Assembly: GCA_964187785.1 (NCBI GenBank)
Contig: OZ076421.1
Span: 19,282,001 to 19,346,000 of the forward strand
Direction of reading: 5' to 3'
Origin: Amphiscolops sp. MND2022
Lineage: Eukaryota
Length of the DNA stretch: 64,000 bases
In this document: one piece after another, positions 12,400 through 24,749 of the stretch
Position numbering within the stretch: position 1 is the stretch's first letter
Layout of the letters: every line of letters begins with the position of its first letter
Program-made: the position numbers and the translations under genes
Notes under the pieces: model-generated
What the model saw: only the letters and a program-made list of their open reading frames with translations
Told to the model about the DNA's origin: nothing
Databases searched by the model: none

Positions 12400-15300
12400 T
12401 TTACCGACGAGTTGCTTCTGTAGAGACTTGTTGCGTTACCCTGTTACAATGCGTGTTCTTGGCAGAAATGAACGGGCTTTGCTTGAAAAAACTGGGACAC
12501 ACACAGACAGGAAGCATTCTGTACAACAATGAAAAAAAAATCTTCTGTTCGAATTAAGTACTGTCACAATTGCTTTAATTTCCCAACGCCAATCCAAGCT
12601 GACTTGATTTACAGTATTGTGAAGCAGCAAAATGTGAAGCTTAAAGTTACATCGAATTGAAGAGTGTGTCCACAGTGAAATTTTTGTGTTTTTTCTACGG
12701 GGACAACCCAAAAACAGGAAGCAAACAACAAAAAAATCAGGATCTCGATTGCACTGTCTACGTGTAGGTCCATTTCGCAACAATCCCATCGGCGCTGACA
12801 CCAAAAATGTCCCATGTGCGTTTTAATAATTTCTGGTTGATTGGAAATTGGAGCAAGGAGATCACGTCACATTCAACTTCGCATTAGAACCTTTCAGTAT
12901 TGAAAAGCTCATTTCCGAGCTTGTTGAATTACTTGGTCACTTGAAATACGCAGCTAAAGTCAATGTAGCTTTCCGTTTTGTAATGGAAAATATTGAGGAC
13001 TCGCGCTGTCGATTAGTTTATCCTCAATGGAAAAATAAAATGCTAGAGAAATACAAACTGTTGATTACAGGGGACGACTTGAACTACTTTAAAGCAAAGC
13101 TTTCTGCAGAAAATGTCATAGCAGCTTGTACTCGTGGGATGGTCAACACAAAATGGCAGTTTTCGAAGTTGACAAATGTTACAGTTTTTGCAATTTAACT
13201 AAAAAATATTCCATTTGGTAATAGAAATGCAGTTTTTCCGAACCATCTAATCAAGGAACGATTTATTTGTATTCAAAACACCCTGTGAAAACTTGAGTTT
13301 TTTTCAAATCTTGGCAATACAACTACACGGAGATGAGATGTCAGAAGAGAGAACTTGTAACTTTTTCCAACTCTTCACGAAAAAGAAAGGAAAAAATGAG
13401 TACGCAACATTTATACAGACAGCGGAAGAAATTCTTGTGATAAACATTATTTTATACGATGTTGACACTGTGTACGGATCTTTCGTAGATGAGCTTGTCA
13501 AATGGAGTCTGCAGAAGCTTTCCAATACTGTTAGGTTGCTACTGTACAACAGTCACATTTACTATATAGCAAACATTCAAGCGTTATTCAACGCATTCCG
13601 TTGCTCGACTTCTGATTGCTACTTTTGTCAACCAATCAAACTTGAACTACATCAAGCAACTTGTCTTGGGAGAGCAATGAACGATTCTTCCAAGTGCGAG
13701 AATTGGATGAATGGGACCCTTTTTGACAAGTTGGGTCTTTCATTATACCATACCCGGACAAGAAGAAACTGCAAAAGCAGCCATTTTTCACTTTGAGTCA
13801 ATATGTGTACTAGAAAAAGAAGGAATCACAGGCACAGAGACAACAAGATGGATTGAAAAACACACTCAAACAGCAGTATCAATTTCAAGCAACTTACGTC
13901 CAGATCCTGTTGTTCTTAGCAGTTCTAAGCCACGTGAATTTATAACATCGTTTGCCGATGCACTGGAGAATTTATCTACTTAGGCTAAAACTCAAATGCG
14001 AGCGCAATTTTTTGAAGCAGAAAATTCAAACAATAGTAAACTGTTACACTTACTGAAGTCTTTGAATGGGCTCCAATCGGATCGAGGCGTTACTTTTCAC
14101 TTTGAAGATGAGTGTTGCAGAGATGATTCAAAGGTGGGTTTGCCGCAATTGAAACAAGTCCTACAAAGGCAAAAGAAGCAAATGATTAAGCTAAAAGGAA
14201 CCTAAATAGACATTGCACTCTTTTGTCCGTGTTTGAAGTCAAAAATTACAGTAATGGTGTGAGCTTTGTAAATATGTATCTTTAACCCATACATGTCAAG
14301 AAATGTAGTATCAAGTCAATTGTGATCAAGAATGTAAAGCCGTTTGTATGAATCAAGTTTGATGACATTCAACTCTTTACCCTTCCTAATTAAAAACTTT
14401 TAACGTTCTTTTTACATGGTTGTGAAGTGTTGTTTATCTGAATCACGGTTTCAATTCTATTACAATTTCAATGAAGTGTTCAATATTGCTCCGTTGTTAA
14501 TTTTTACAGTACTCAATTGGAAATTGTCACTCCGTAAAGTTTTCTCTTTTAGAAGGATGTTTGCAAGCTTATCCATTTTTTCCCAGTTGAAGCATTTTTT
14601 GTTAAATGGATATTTTGAGCTGTTTTTGATAGTTGAATCACATACTCGGGCTATTAACTTTCACAGAGATGCAAATTGATTGACAGATACTTTAGAGGCA
14701 ACGCTGACTATAGTACGTAATTACTTTTTCTTTTTACTGTAGGTTTACGCTGTGGTTTTTGGTAAAGTGACTCATACCTTCCATGAATGTAGATTGAAAG
14801 TGTTGACTGAACGTTCCGCCATTTTTTCATTATTCTTTCAACAGTATAACAATCGAGTTGCTTCCGTATAGATAAAGATTTGTTGCGATATATGTGCCAT
14901 ATTCCATCCTTGATAGTCATCAGTTTGTACATTGTGCAACCTACGTTTTCAGCAAAAGCAAGTACATAAAATTGATTTGAGTCCACAAGAATTGAGTTTT
15001 AAATCTACAATGTTAATTGTGTAGACTTTATTTCAGTAGTTATGATTGCAAGCGTCGTTCGTTGTACAAACAAAAATATCAACCAGTTGCTGCATTAGCT
15101 GAAGGAAATTGGAAATCCAGATTCACCAACTGTGTTCAAACAACATGTTTTCCCACTATGCCTTACAATTGTTTCAGGAGGGAAACTTGAACGAGTTAAG
15201 ACCAAATTTCGACTACCACAATTTTCCACACTTTGTACCGGTTGGCCTTCTTTATCTGTGGAGCTATAAGACTAATTGCTCACAACCACGAGGTTTTCAC

Positions 15301-16356
15301 CCCATTAGACAAAGAAAATACACTGATTATTTATCACCTCCCCAGTCTCTTCTGGACCTTGTTACATGCACTGCAGTATCGTATTTGTCATCGCAAAGCA
15401 TACAATTCACAAGTTTGTTAGACTCGAATCAGGAAACTGGTTGTTGTCAATCCCTCTTTAATCCTCAGTTGACGCATCCAAAAACACATTTGTTGGAGCT
15501 TGGGTTTTGTGTGTTATTATGAAAGAACGACTTGTTCAATAATTTCTAATTGAATTCTTTGTACACTTTTTTGGAGTCAGTGTCTGACGAGCAATGAAAA
15601 GTGGATGCGATTACAGACTATATCGTTGTAGCTTAGACAACGATCTTGCTTGCCAACAGATCTTTCATCAAAACTTTATTGTTGGGAGCAGTCAAGTGAT
15701 TGAATGTTACCAATGTAAGACTGTACAAGAGTTAACACTGCGAGCACATGCTTGTTCCCTCCTGCAGTATGCTGAATTGAGAACTAATACTACATATCCG
15801 TCATTTTTTGCGGTATTTGTATGTTAAGAAATGCTTGAAATGGACACCAACTCACTATATATTGCCTGAACCGAGGGGAAATGGTGTGATTGTAAATGAT
15901 CTCCAATGAAAAAGGAGTGGTTAACCCTGTGAATATCTCAATGTAAGGACGAGTTTATGACAAATGTCTACATTGTATTTCTTTCCGTACTTGCTCAACG
16001 GATCAAAAGAAGCATAACAAGCTCGAACCTAGTCTCTGCAAGCAGAATGTCGTGGCACGAAATAGTTGTGTGGGTGCTGCAAGACGTGGTTTTATGATTC
16101 TCATTTTCTCATTTCAGTTTTTACCGCAACAGATTGAACGAGAGAACAATTGAAAGCAGCCGTGATTGCTCAATTTCCAAATATGGAAGAGTTTTGCAAG
16201 CGAAAGTGACGTGACGTCAGTGCTTTGATCTATTCCTGGCAATATGAGTATGTACAAAAGACAAGAAGCTTTTTTACTGAATTTTCCCAGAACGTAATGT
16301 TCAAAAAATGAACTTCACTCTCGCGTGATCAACATTCAACATTTCTGTACATTTAA
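12400..16356 (+). pseudogene. Polinton/Maverick-type protein-primed DNA polymerase B, dead copy 2 (near full span, internally deleted)
   Basis: Collinear motifs: N-terminal domain (12848-13198), C2H2-like RCSTSDC...LELH, ExoI-like FHFESICV (about 13790), KFDDIQL, IHKFV, LLQYAELRT, motif C-like EMDTNSLY (about 15835), and C-terminal LNERTIE...SKYGRVL ending at TAA 16354-16356. Many stops and frameshifts. Confidence 0.8.
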
Positions 16357-16554
16357 TAGCAGTGGAATTGATTCATTTATACAGTAGATTTTCAATTTTT
16401 CAATTAAAAATTTTATTAACAACACAGAGCACTCTTGTATCTAGCTCAACATATTCCGTTGATAACATTTCCCACAGGCGGAAAAAAACCTCCCGCAATA
16501 TGATCAACATTTGCGGTTGAAAACATTTCCCTGGGTCTCGGTGCTCACAAAATT

Positions 16555-17115
16555 GTGCCCAAAGTCTCACAGTACCGAAAAATGTCGAACTGTGACGGAA
16601 AACCTAATCGACACTTATTCAATATTATTTAATACATTATTACATTAAAAACCGATTTAAATACATTGCCAAAGTCATTTGCTGTTTTTATTTCTTAACA
16701 CTTTTTCCTATCTCTATACTTTGACGAAGCTATAGCGTTTTTGATATATCAGCAACCACTCGTTTCCATACCTTTATACATTGAGACGAGTCGTCTTCCA
16801 ATCAGAATCGAACACGAAAAATCATTCGGAATAGCTGATAAAGTACTCCGGTGCCGGATCAAATATTCCTGTGGCTGATAAAATAATAAGGGGGCGCATA
16901 AAATACTGCGAGGGCGGATAAAATATTGAGGGGGCGGGTAAAATTACTCCCGCGGGTGGTCGTGCCCAGCACAAATGTAGTTTTGCCCAAAGTCTCACAG
17001 TGCCGAAAAATATTCCCTATCTTGAAACATTGCTGAAGCTATTCCCTATCTTTATACATTGAGTCGTTAGCCAATCAGGATCTTTATACACTCGAGTCGT
17101 TAGCCAATCAGGATC
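16555..17115. repeat. Mixed short direct repeats
   Basis: TGCCCAAAGTCTCACAGT(A/G)CCGAAAAAT at about 16555 and 16985; three to four ~21-bp GATAAAATA..GGGGGCG units at about 16880-16950; GAGTCGTTAGCCAATCAGGATC twice at about 17060 and 17093. Confidence 0.7.
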
Positions 17116-17920
17116 GAGCACGAGACGAACCCAAACGAGCCAAAACGAGTCCTGCGGGGTGAAGGACCCTTCTCAGCTCTGAGCTCGAGTAGGCTCGCAA
17201 TAGCGTATGTTAAAACATGTGGGTCCTCAACCCCCCACCTGATCACCTCCTACATCTACTACTGTGGTGTTATTTTCGTAGCGCTAGCTTTACTAGTGAT
17301 TGAGAAATCTTAGCCGCAGTTTTGCTCAAAAACTGAAAGGAAATGTCGAAAAAATCGAATTTTAGTTTACCATAGTGCTATTCATTGGAGGTATCCCAGC
17401 ACTAACATTCTTGCGTTTTCGTACATACGGCACTAGATGTGTTTTTCTGTTACGTAGGCGTAATTCACGCTCGCATACAAAATTCCAGGTAGCTAGGCTG
17501 ACTCCACGACGGCGAGTTTGACGTACTTGTGTGAATTTCACAACATTTTCTCGATTTTTCTATCAACACTGTGGAGCGAAAGCAAGTCACGTACAATCGT
17601 TTTCTGTGCAATGGGTGGTGTGGTGATTATCCAACGATTCAGCCACTGTATTATACCGTGTGACGTTTTCATGTCGCTGGTAATTCTAGAAGTGATTTTC
17701 ATCTTTCCCACGCGCGCATGTGAGCAAAAAATTGCTTGTTTTGTGAAACATTGCATTGCAGAAAATATCACACGTCAGAGCTTAAACAACCCTGTTACTA
17801 TACCAGTCACCTGTAGCACGTCTAGTTGAAGCACTTCAAAAAGAACTCCATAAACCCTAAGATCTCGGGTTTGTCAAAAAACTGTTCACGAGACGTAGTA
17901 GTGAAAAAAAACAAAGTTGC

Positions 17921-19420
17921 GTGGTGGAGATAAAAATGGAAGGACGCATTGACCAAGACAAGCTTGAATCTGCAATCGTTTCACTCAGTGACCTTCTTAT
18001 ACAACGAGAAAGTCAAACTGACAGGCCTATGTCAGACATGGAGCCACAAACTGACGAGCGCTTGAAGCTTATGTCGGAACTAATGCATCGTCGGGACATA
18101 GATGTCAATAAGCGAACGGTGGATTTGATGACTATAGTTCAATGTTTAACCCTAGGGATAAAAATTGCAGTGACACAAAGCACAGCTAGTCGTCTTCCTT
18201 CTGTGCCAGTGGCATTTAACGTAGCGAATATACCCTCTACCAAGTCGTTCCTGGCTCAACAGCCCACTTATCCCTAAATAAGGCAGCGCGGCCCCGAGAC
18301 ACAGTCTGAACAAACAAGGCAACCCAGTTGCAGCCACCAGCGATGTATAAGATGGGGCCAGAAAAAAGTCTAGTTCTGAAACCAAAGCAAGCAGAGTTGA
18401 GGTGCTGTGAGAAGTCTGGACCGCCATCTTTTGACCATTATGCCAGAGGTGCTTCAACAACGGTGGATTATTATTCTGAGGCCAGTGGCCTAAGGACTAG
18501 CGACGTGGAGTATCGAACAGCGACAGGATGCACCGAGTACCATACAGCAGCCTCGTCGAATTCCAACACAAAGAAGTTGAAACTCTCCTTTGGAGACATA
18601 CCCTCAAGGCCGTTGGCCTCCAGCACGCAAAAAAAGTCAACTTCGAAAGAAGTCTGAGGTTGGAAGTGACACTCCAAAATCAATTCCTGGACAAGCACTC
18701 GCCGACGCGATTATCAATGCAATATCCAAAGGTTTGGAACCGTGCTAACGTCTAAAGAAACCAAGAACAAGTTAACGAAGTATCGCAGTACGCGTGATGG
18801 TGTTTTTGATGGTTGGATGATGCTAATGAAGCGCTACTAAGAGAAAGCGCACAGCAAGGATACTCCTTTAAACAGAGCATGGACCATAGTTGAGTTTTTA
18901 GAAATTGAAGCAAAAGATTACATCACGAACGAGTCTGAGGTTGAGCGAGACACATACGAGAAAGTCTTCGCGCTGCTAGCGCGCCGGTTCGGATCAGGGT
19001 CGAGTAGGATCCACATAGAACAGCAATTCCGTACGCACAACCAGACTTCATGCGATGAGGACTACATGCAATACCTCGATGACCTTGAGGGCTTGCGTGG
19101 CCAAGGCTTCCCAAATGAAGAAGTAGAGGCGCAACGATCTGATATCATGTAAAAGTTCATTAAAGGAGTCCGTAACTTTGAACTGAAACGCATCCTAGCT
19201 TTCCTAAGGTTCATAACGTACGGCATGAACAATGACATCTTGTCTGTGGCTCTCTCAGTGCATGGCAGGGAAATATCTTGCCTTAATTGCGGCCGTTCGG
19301 GCCACATGGCATCTGAGTTCATGGCGTCAGCGAATGAAACAACAGAACATCAGGCACGAGCCGCGTGGTACGCCCCGGCCACGGTGGCCGTGGAAGCAAC
19401 TGATTCAGACGATCATATGA
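17921..19420 (+). pseudogene. gag: gag remnant
   Basis: Coiled-coil N-terminus homologous to 41586-42197, capsid-like DGWMML.KR....H...T.L.RAW..VEFLE.EA.DY, and degenerate zinc knuckle CLNCGRSGHMASEF. Confidence 0.75.
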
Positions 19421-19431
19421 GGGTGATCTAG

Positions 19432-20420
19432 GTGGCAGAAGCGGGAAGTCATTCGTGTCCTGTAGTCGTAACTTGCAGTGAGAAACAGATTCTCACGACG
19501 CTTGAAGTCCCGCCACCTGACTGCGCCGAGACTTTAATTTCAATTCACTTGCTGCTATCAGCAGAGCAAAAAGCGCGTCCACATCTAACGTTATCTCAAT
19601 TGAAAGAGGAAGTTTGTCGTACCACTAATCTTACTATAGGTTCAAGACCATTACCACATTTCACTAGAACAGATGAGACCACGCTAGCCCAGATACAAAT
19701 ATTCAAGACAATCGCGTCAGTCCCTATAGCAATCAATCTCAATGGCGTGGACATGAAATTCCATGCGATTGTTGTCCTGGAAAGACATTTTCCGCAATGC
19801 TGGTACTTCGGCAGTCAAGAATTGCGCTGTGATGATATTGGGGTGAAGGATGCACAAGGAGAGACACAGATTGATGATAGGGCCTCACTGGTTGTTGCAT
19901 TCGGTACTCCTTCACAAAAGCCAATGAATAGAATTGGTTGGCACAATTGATGCCGGATCCGGAGTCTCAATTCTTTCACTAAGTGCATACAAAAAGATGA
20001 GCATGAGCTGTGTCTGTCACCATATGACGCTGAACTGTATGCTACCAAATGCAAGAGCATCACCACCGTTGTTATAGACGCGGACGAAAGCTTTCAGCTG
20101 GGCGGACATACGCTGAAGACCAACTCAACTTTGTCGTCATTGCTGATCACATTGGTTCCGAGGATTTTCTCCTGGCTTGCATTTTATTGCGTCCGTACAA
20201 CGTGCTGGTGGACCTGACTGCCATGAAAGTAACCATCCGAGACCTTAAGATGCCTAGGGTTTTCAAAGCAGTTCACTTGGTTAGTAACCAAGAACCATCG
20301 TTTGTTGTTTCCGCCGAGGAAGTTACTTTAGGTCTTTTTGAACGGAAAGTGGTGCGTGCGAAGGTTATAACCCAGCAGTCCAAGGAGTTTCTTTTTCGTA
20401 ATGTAATGGTCGTCCAACTC
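19432..20420 (+). pseudogene. Retropepsin-like protease region remnant
   Basis: Lies between gag and RT and has retropepsin-like beta-strand segments (F.VIADHIGSEDFLL...LLRPYNVLVDL). No intact DTG/DSG catalytic motif is visible. Confidence 0.45.
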
Positions 20421-20899
20421 GGTGCTTATTTCAGAAGATACACTAACTTGCGCGGGAGGAGACGTTGTAGTTTTCTTACAGCTAAGAAACCAAACTGCCA
20501 AAGAAAGGGTAAGAATAAAGGAACAAACTGTAGTTGGAAAAGCGGTGCTCACCAATTTTGTGTTAAACTCAGTTGCCATTCATGACAATTGTGAAGCTTC
20601 GAAGCTTTCATCCGAATTTGTTAATCAAGTGCATAGAGATATAGGTTTGGGCACCAGCTCAGAATTTATTTCCTTTGCACAGAACATTTTGTCTTCATCT
20701 GAGACGTCCAAAATAGGTCTATTGAAAAATGAGAAACGTAAAAGAACAGATCCTCAGTTACTAATGCCAATCCCATGCCCTGATCTCTCTTCCGTCCTTT
20801 CTTCTTGGGTGGAAGAGGCGAGGGATAAACTAGATGGTATCTTAAATGAGTACGAAGACCTTTTCATGAAAATCAAATCTGACAGAGATAGGTGTAAAA

Positions 20900-21520
20900 T
20901 TGCAAAACATCGAATAGAAGAAAAGCCGGAGGCTGTAACACATCGAGAAGGAGCGAGGCGAATCTCCCCTGACAAAGTGGCGAAAGCCAATCAGGAAGTG
21001 CAAAACTTGCTGGCCCTTGGTCTTATACAACCCGCCTACTCGCCGTTGGCTAGTGGGATAGTCATGGTAAAAAAGAAATCAGACAAGCCTCGCTTTTGCT
21101 TTGACTTCCGCACGCTAAATGATGTAACAGTGAAGGACTCGTTTCCGCTGCCTAGCAGAAATGGGAGTCTCTCGAGAATAGGGATTGCAAAAATCTTCAT
21201 GAGCATTGATTTGGCATGGGCCTTTTGGTAGATACCGCTGAAAAAGCGTGACCGTAAGAAAACTGCGTTCGCATGTAAACTTGGGCTGTTCGATTGGCGG
21301 TGCATGCCCTTTGGGCTATGCATTGCATCGGCAGCCCTGAAGAAGATTCGACAACGACATGGAAGTGTGGTCATGGCGTATATCGACGAAATAGTAATTG
21401 TGACCAAGACTCTAGAAGATCACGTGGTGAGAATCAGGGAAGTGTTTGAGTGTCTCAGAGAGGCAGGTTTCAGGATGTGAGCTGAGAAGTGTGATTTCTT
21501 GCGCACAGAAACCAAATACC
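20900..21520 (+). pseudogene. pol: Reverse transcriptase remnant
   Basis: LGLIQPAYSPLASGIVMVKKK...RFCFDFRTLNDVTVKDSFPLP; IDLAWAFW; MPFGLC (21304); YIDE in place of YxDD (21379). Confidence 0.92.
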
Positions 21521-21549
21521 TTGGACGAGTGGTGTCAGCAGAAGGCGTC

Positions 21550-22138
21550 AAGCCAGTCGCTGGCAGCGGTCAGCAATATCCAGGACTGGATGCCCCCGAG
21601 AAACAAAGAAGAGCTGCAAGCCTTCATCGGATTTGCTAACTACTACCGAGACTTCATTCCCTTTCACACTGCTAAGGTACAACCTATGCAGGAGTTTTTG
21701 AGCAAGAACCAACACTTCTGCTGGAAACAGAAGCATGAAGAAGCGTTTGAGTCAGTGAAACAAGCATTAGCCGATGCCATAGCATTGGCAGCGCCAATTG
21801 AAGAAGGGCGTTTCGTATTGGATACGGATGCCACTGCAGTTGCGATAACCGGAATCCTGCATCAAGAACGGGAACACAATAGAAGGACCATTGTTTGTCC
21901 TATCGTTTACGGCAGCAAATCACTGACTCGAACACAACTGAATTGTGGCGCCCCGAAATTGGAAATGTTTACAGTGTTCTATTTTATCAAAAAATTCCTT
22001 TCATACCATGCTGGTCGAGATTTCACGCTGAGCGTGGATAAACAGGCTCTCTCTTTGCTGAAAACACACTCAATGGACCAGGCCATGACTGGACGCTGGA
22101 TTGCGTGTCTCAATCACTATTTCAAAACGGTCAACTGA
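21550..22138 (+). pseudogene. pol: RT connection and Ty3-type RNase H remnant
   Basis: LQAFIGFANYYRDFIP; FVLDTDATAVAITGILHQ; YGSKSL..TQLNCGAPKLE; DFTLSVDKQAL. Confidence 0.9.
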
Positions 22139-22699
22139 CCACGCAGGCAAGATTGCAGATTGTCTCAGCAAGAGGACCAATGGCTACGTGCATCGGAAGA
22201 GAATTGTGGAGACCCTACCGGAAGTGAGCAAGGGATTTAGTTTCATGTCACAGTAAGATTACGAAAATCTCCCCACTGTGCGATAAATTGACAAACAGAG
22301 AAAATTGATACCGAATCATTCCGAGCTTCGAGCGGGCGCTTGAGCACAACCCCTTGTGCTCTTCATTTTAAATAAGCGACCAATGGAAGAACCAGCACCG
22401 GATCACTCTTTGAACTCCGCACCACGGTACCCGGAGGGACAATGGGAAACCACTCCAACAACATACGAAAATGATAGACCAAATTGTATCCTCAGTGTAA
22501 CGACCAAAGTGCTGCCGGCACGTCTCGACACCACCAAATGAGATCCAGCGTTGTGTAGATTCCCTACGCATGTCAGGAACAAGCTGACGTGTTCAGGCTA
22601 GTTGAAACTGAGCTACACTAGCATCAATCCACAATGCGTGGTTAGAAGGGATGTACACCTGCTGGCGTTGAAGAATTTCATGAAGAACGAGCCACTGGA

Positions 22700-23854
22700 G
22701 GACGATTCATAAACACTGATGACATTTTATGCGTCAATTACATTCCACATAAAGGAACGCATGATGAACGTACGACCGTGTATGATCGTCCTGCCCCATC
22801 CCTACTAACATGAAATCTTGTACAGAGCGCACGATGAATCAGAACAACAATGCGTAGGAAAAGTGTTGGCAAGAGTACAAGAGCGCCACACTTGGCCAGG
22901 CATCAAGCGTGATGTAGTCAACCACATTAAGCACTGCTTAACGTGTCAACAGTCAAAACTTCCCGCTGGAACTTCGTGCTATCTTTTACAGAGCATCAAC
23001 GGCAGCAATTTTAACAACGTGGTGCAATTTGACCATCTGAAACTTTGTAAGACCACATTTGGAAACAATGGACTGCTGGCAATCATTCATCACTTCACTA
23101 AGTTTGCAGAGACCATTCCCTGTGCACATGATAAGTACGATAGCAAGAAAACTGCGAAGATCATTCTGAGTAATTGGTTTGCAAGGCATGGCACTCCAGC
23201 CAGGATGCAGTCCGATAATGCCACCAATTTCACAGCCGATATTGCACAAGAATTGATGAAAGCCTCACAAGTGACCACGGTAACGTCTATTCCCGCTCAT
23301 CCGAGAGGCAATGGTCTTGTTGAACGCCAAAACATTGCTTACCGTGCTCCGGGTCTACACATCTCGCAGGAAGCAAGATTGGGATGAGCAAATAGATGGA
23401 GTTTTTGAGTGCCTACAGTTCCACCAGACATGCTACTACAGGATTTTCCCCGTATGTGCTCCAGCATGGAGCTGAAAAATCCATTCCACTCTCTTTCATA
23501 TACACAGAATTCGCAGCGCGAAAGTTCAAGCCCAAAAAAGATATTGTGGTGCACTTATTAGCCAGACAACAGGAAAATCATGATCTTGTTCGTAGGAAGT
23601 ACCATGCGCAAGTACGACCGAAACAGAAGTTTGACAGACACTGGAAGGCAAAGGATAACGCTGTGGCTGACGCCGTTTGCGTTTTTGCCATATTCCCAAT
23701 GGTGGTACAAGCAAACTTCTCCGCGCTTGGCGTGGACCTCACAAGGTGACTGATGTATTACAAGACGGAAGGTTATACGTTTTGAATACAGGCCAAAAAG
23801 TTCACCTGGAGCGCCTGAAGAAACATGTGCCAGCACCGTGGGATTGGGCCGCAC
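22700..23854 (+). pseudogene. pol: Integrase remnant (HHCC, rve, GPY/F-like)
   Basis: H.......G......QERHTWPGIKRDV..HIKHCLTC; VQFDHL; MQSDNATNF; GNGLVERQN; WRGPHKV. Confidence 0.92.
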
Positions 23855-24749
23855 ATCAACCCTTTCGGGTTAGACCAGATTGCAGCCATCATAGCAGACC
23901 CATACGTGGAAGAAAACTTTGAAGAGATAACGTCAGACATATCGCGTGACTCATTCTTCCACAATAACAGCCGGAGGCCTCACTCGAAATGGGACCAACC
24001 GTGCCTGCATTAGAACAAGGAATCCCATGAAGACGGTTTAGTCGTTTTGAAGATCCGTCTGATTCTGAATCTGACCATGAATCAGTTGGACGACCCGTAG
24101 AAGAAGCACAGCCGCGAGTTGTTTTTCCTGAGCTGGATGACTTGGAACCGCGGTTTTCATACCAAGAGGAGGTTCCACCCGAACCAGCGTACAGTCTTAC
24201 CTTCTCCAACAGGTACCTCAGCCCTTTTGCTGTCAAACCCAGCTTTGACAGACACACTGAGCAATTTCACATTATTTAGTTCACGAGCTGGACGCTTAAA
24301 ATGACCAAAACTTGCTGAGGAAGATGAACTTCAGAGAGAATCTCACGGGGAAGACCAAGCGCCGGGTCAAAGCCTAGCGACATCGCCTACAGCAAACAGA
24401 ACTACCAGACAAAGAGGTCGATCAAGAGGCAGACCTTCAAGTCGTAAAAGAGGAAGTCTACTACTTCATCAAGTAGGGCAACTACAAAAGCGAATAGGCC
24501 ACTTAATCACGGATAGGATCAAGAGTTGGAATGAGAACCAGAGCTCCGTCTAGAACTTTAGAACTTGCAATGATATTACCAAACATACCAGAAAGTATGT
24601 CACTAGATCAGCAGGATGCTGAACAACCAATTACTTCACAGGCTCTGCCTTATCAGCTGCGACGTAATGGGGCACCACGATATAGGTGTGGAACCCGCGG
24701 TTCCAGCAACTGTAGTTAGGTCAACCTAGTTGAAACAAGAGCACCGGGC

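Larger units (their letters stand above)
5645..15840. repeat. Large imperfect inverted duplication (arms 5645-9365 and 10640-15840, with 11045-12240 present only in the right arm)
   Basis: 5645-8900 is the reverse complement of 12240-15840, and 8915-9365 of 10640-11045. The paired 116-aa ORFs (7937-8287 and 12848-13198) differ at 18 positions. Confidence 0.9.

Noticed and set aside
14708-14986. Minus-strand ORF with DSNQFY and KQLDCYTV, suggesting an inverted PolB motif A segment
   Set aside because: The adjacent plus strand aligns with the PolB endonuclease-like insert, the spacing of the two matches is wrong, and most of this stretch is the duplicated 5' flank. Most likely chance similarity.
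16356-17260. Polinton terminal inverted repeat, or capsid/ATPase/protease/integrase genes after PolB
   Set aside because: No (AG)n or (AGT)n terminus and no Walker A, jelly-roll or adenain motifs were recognisable; only short repeats are present.
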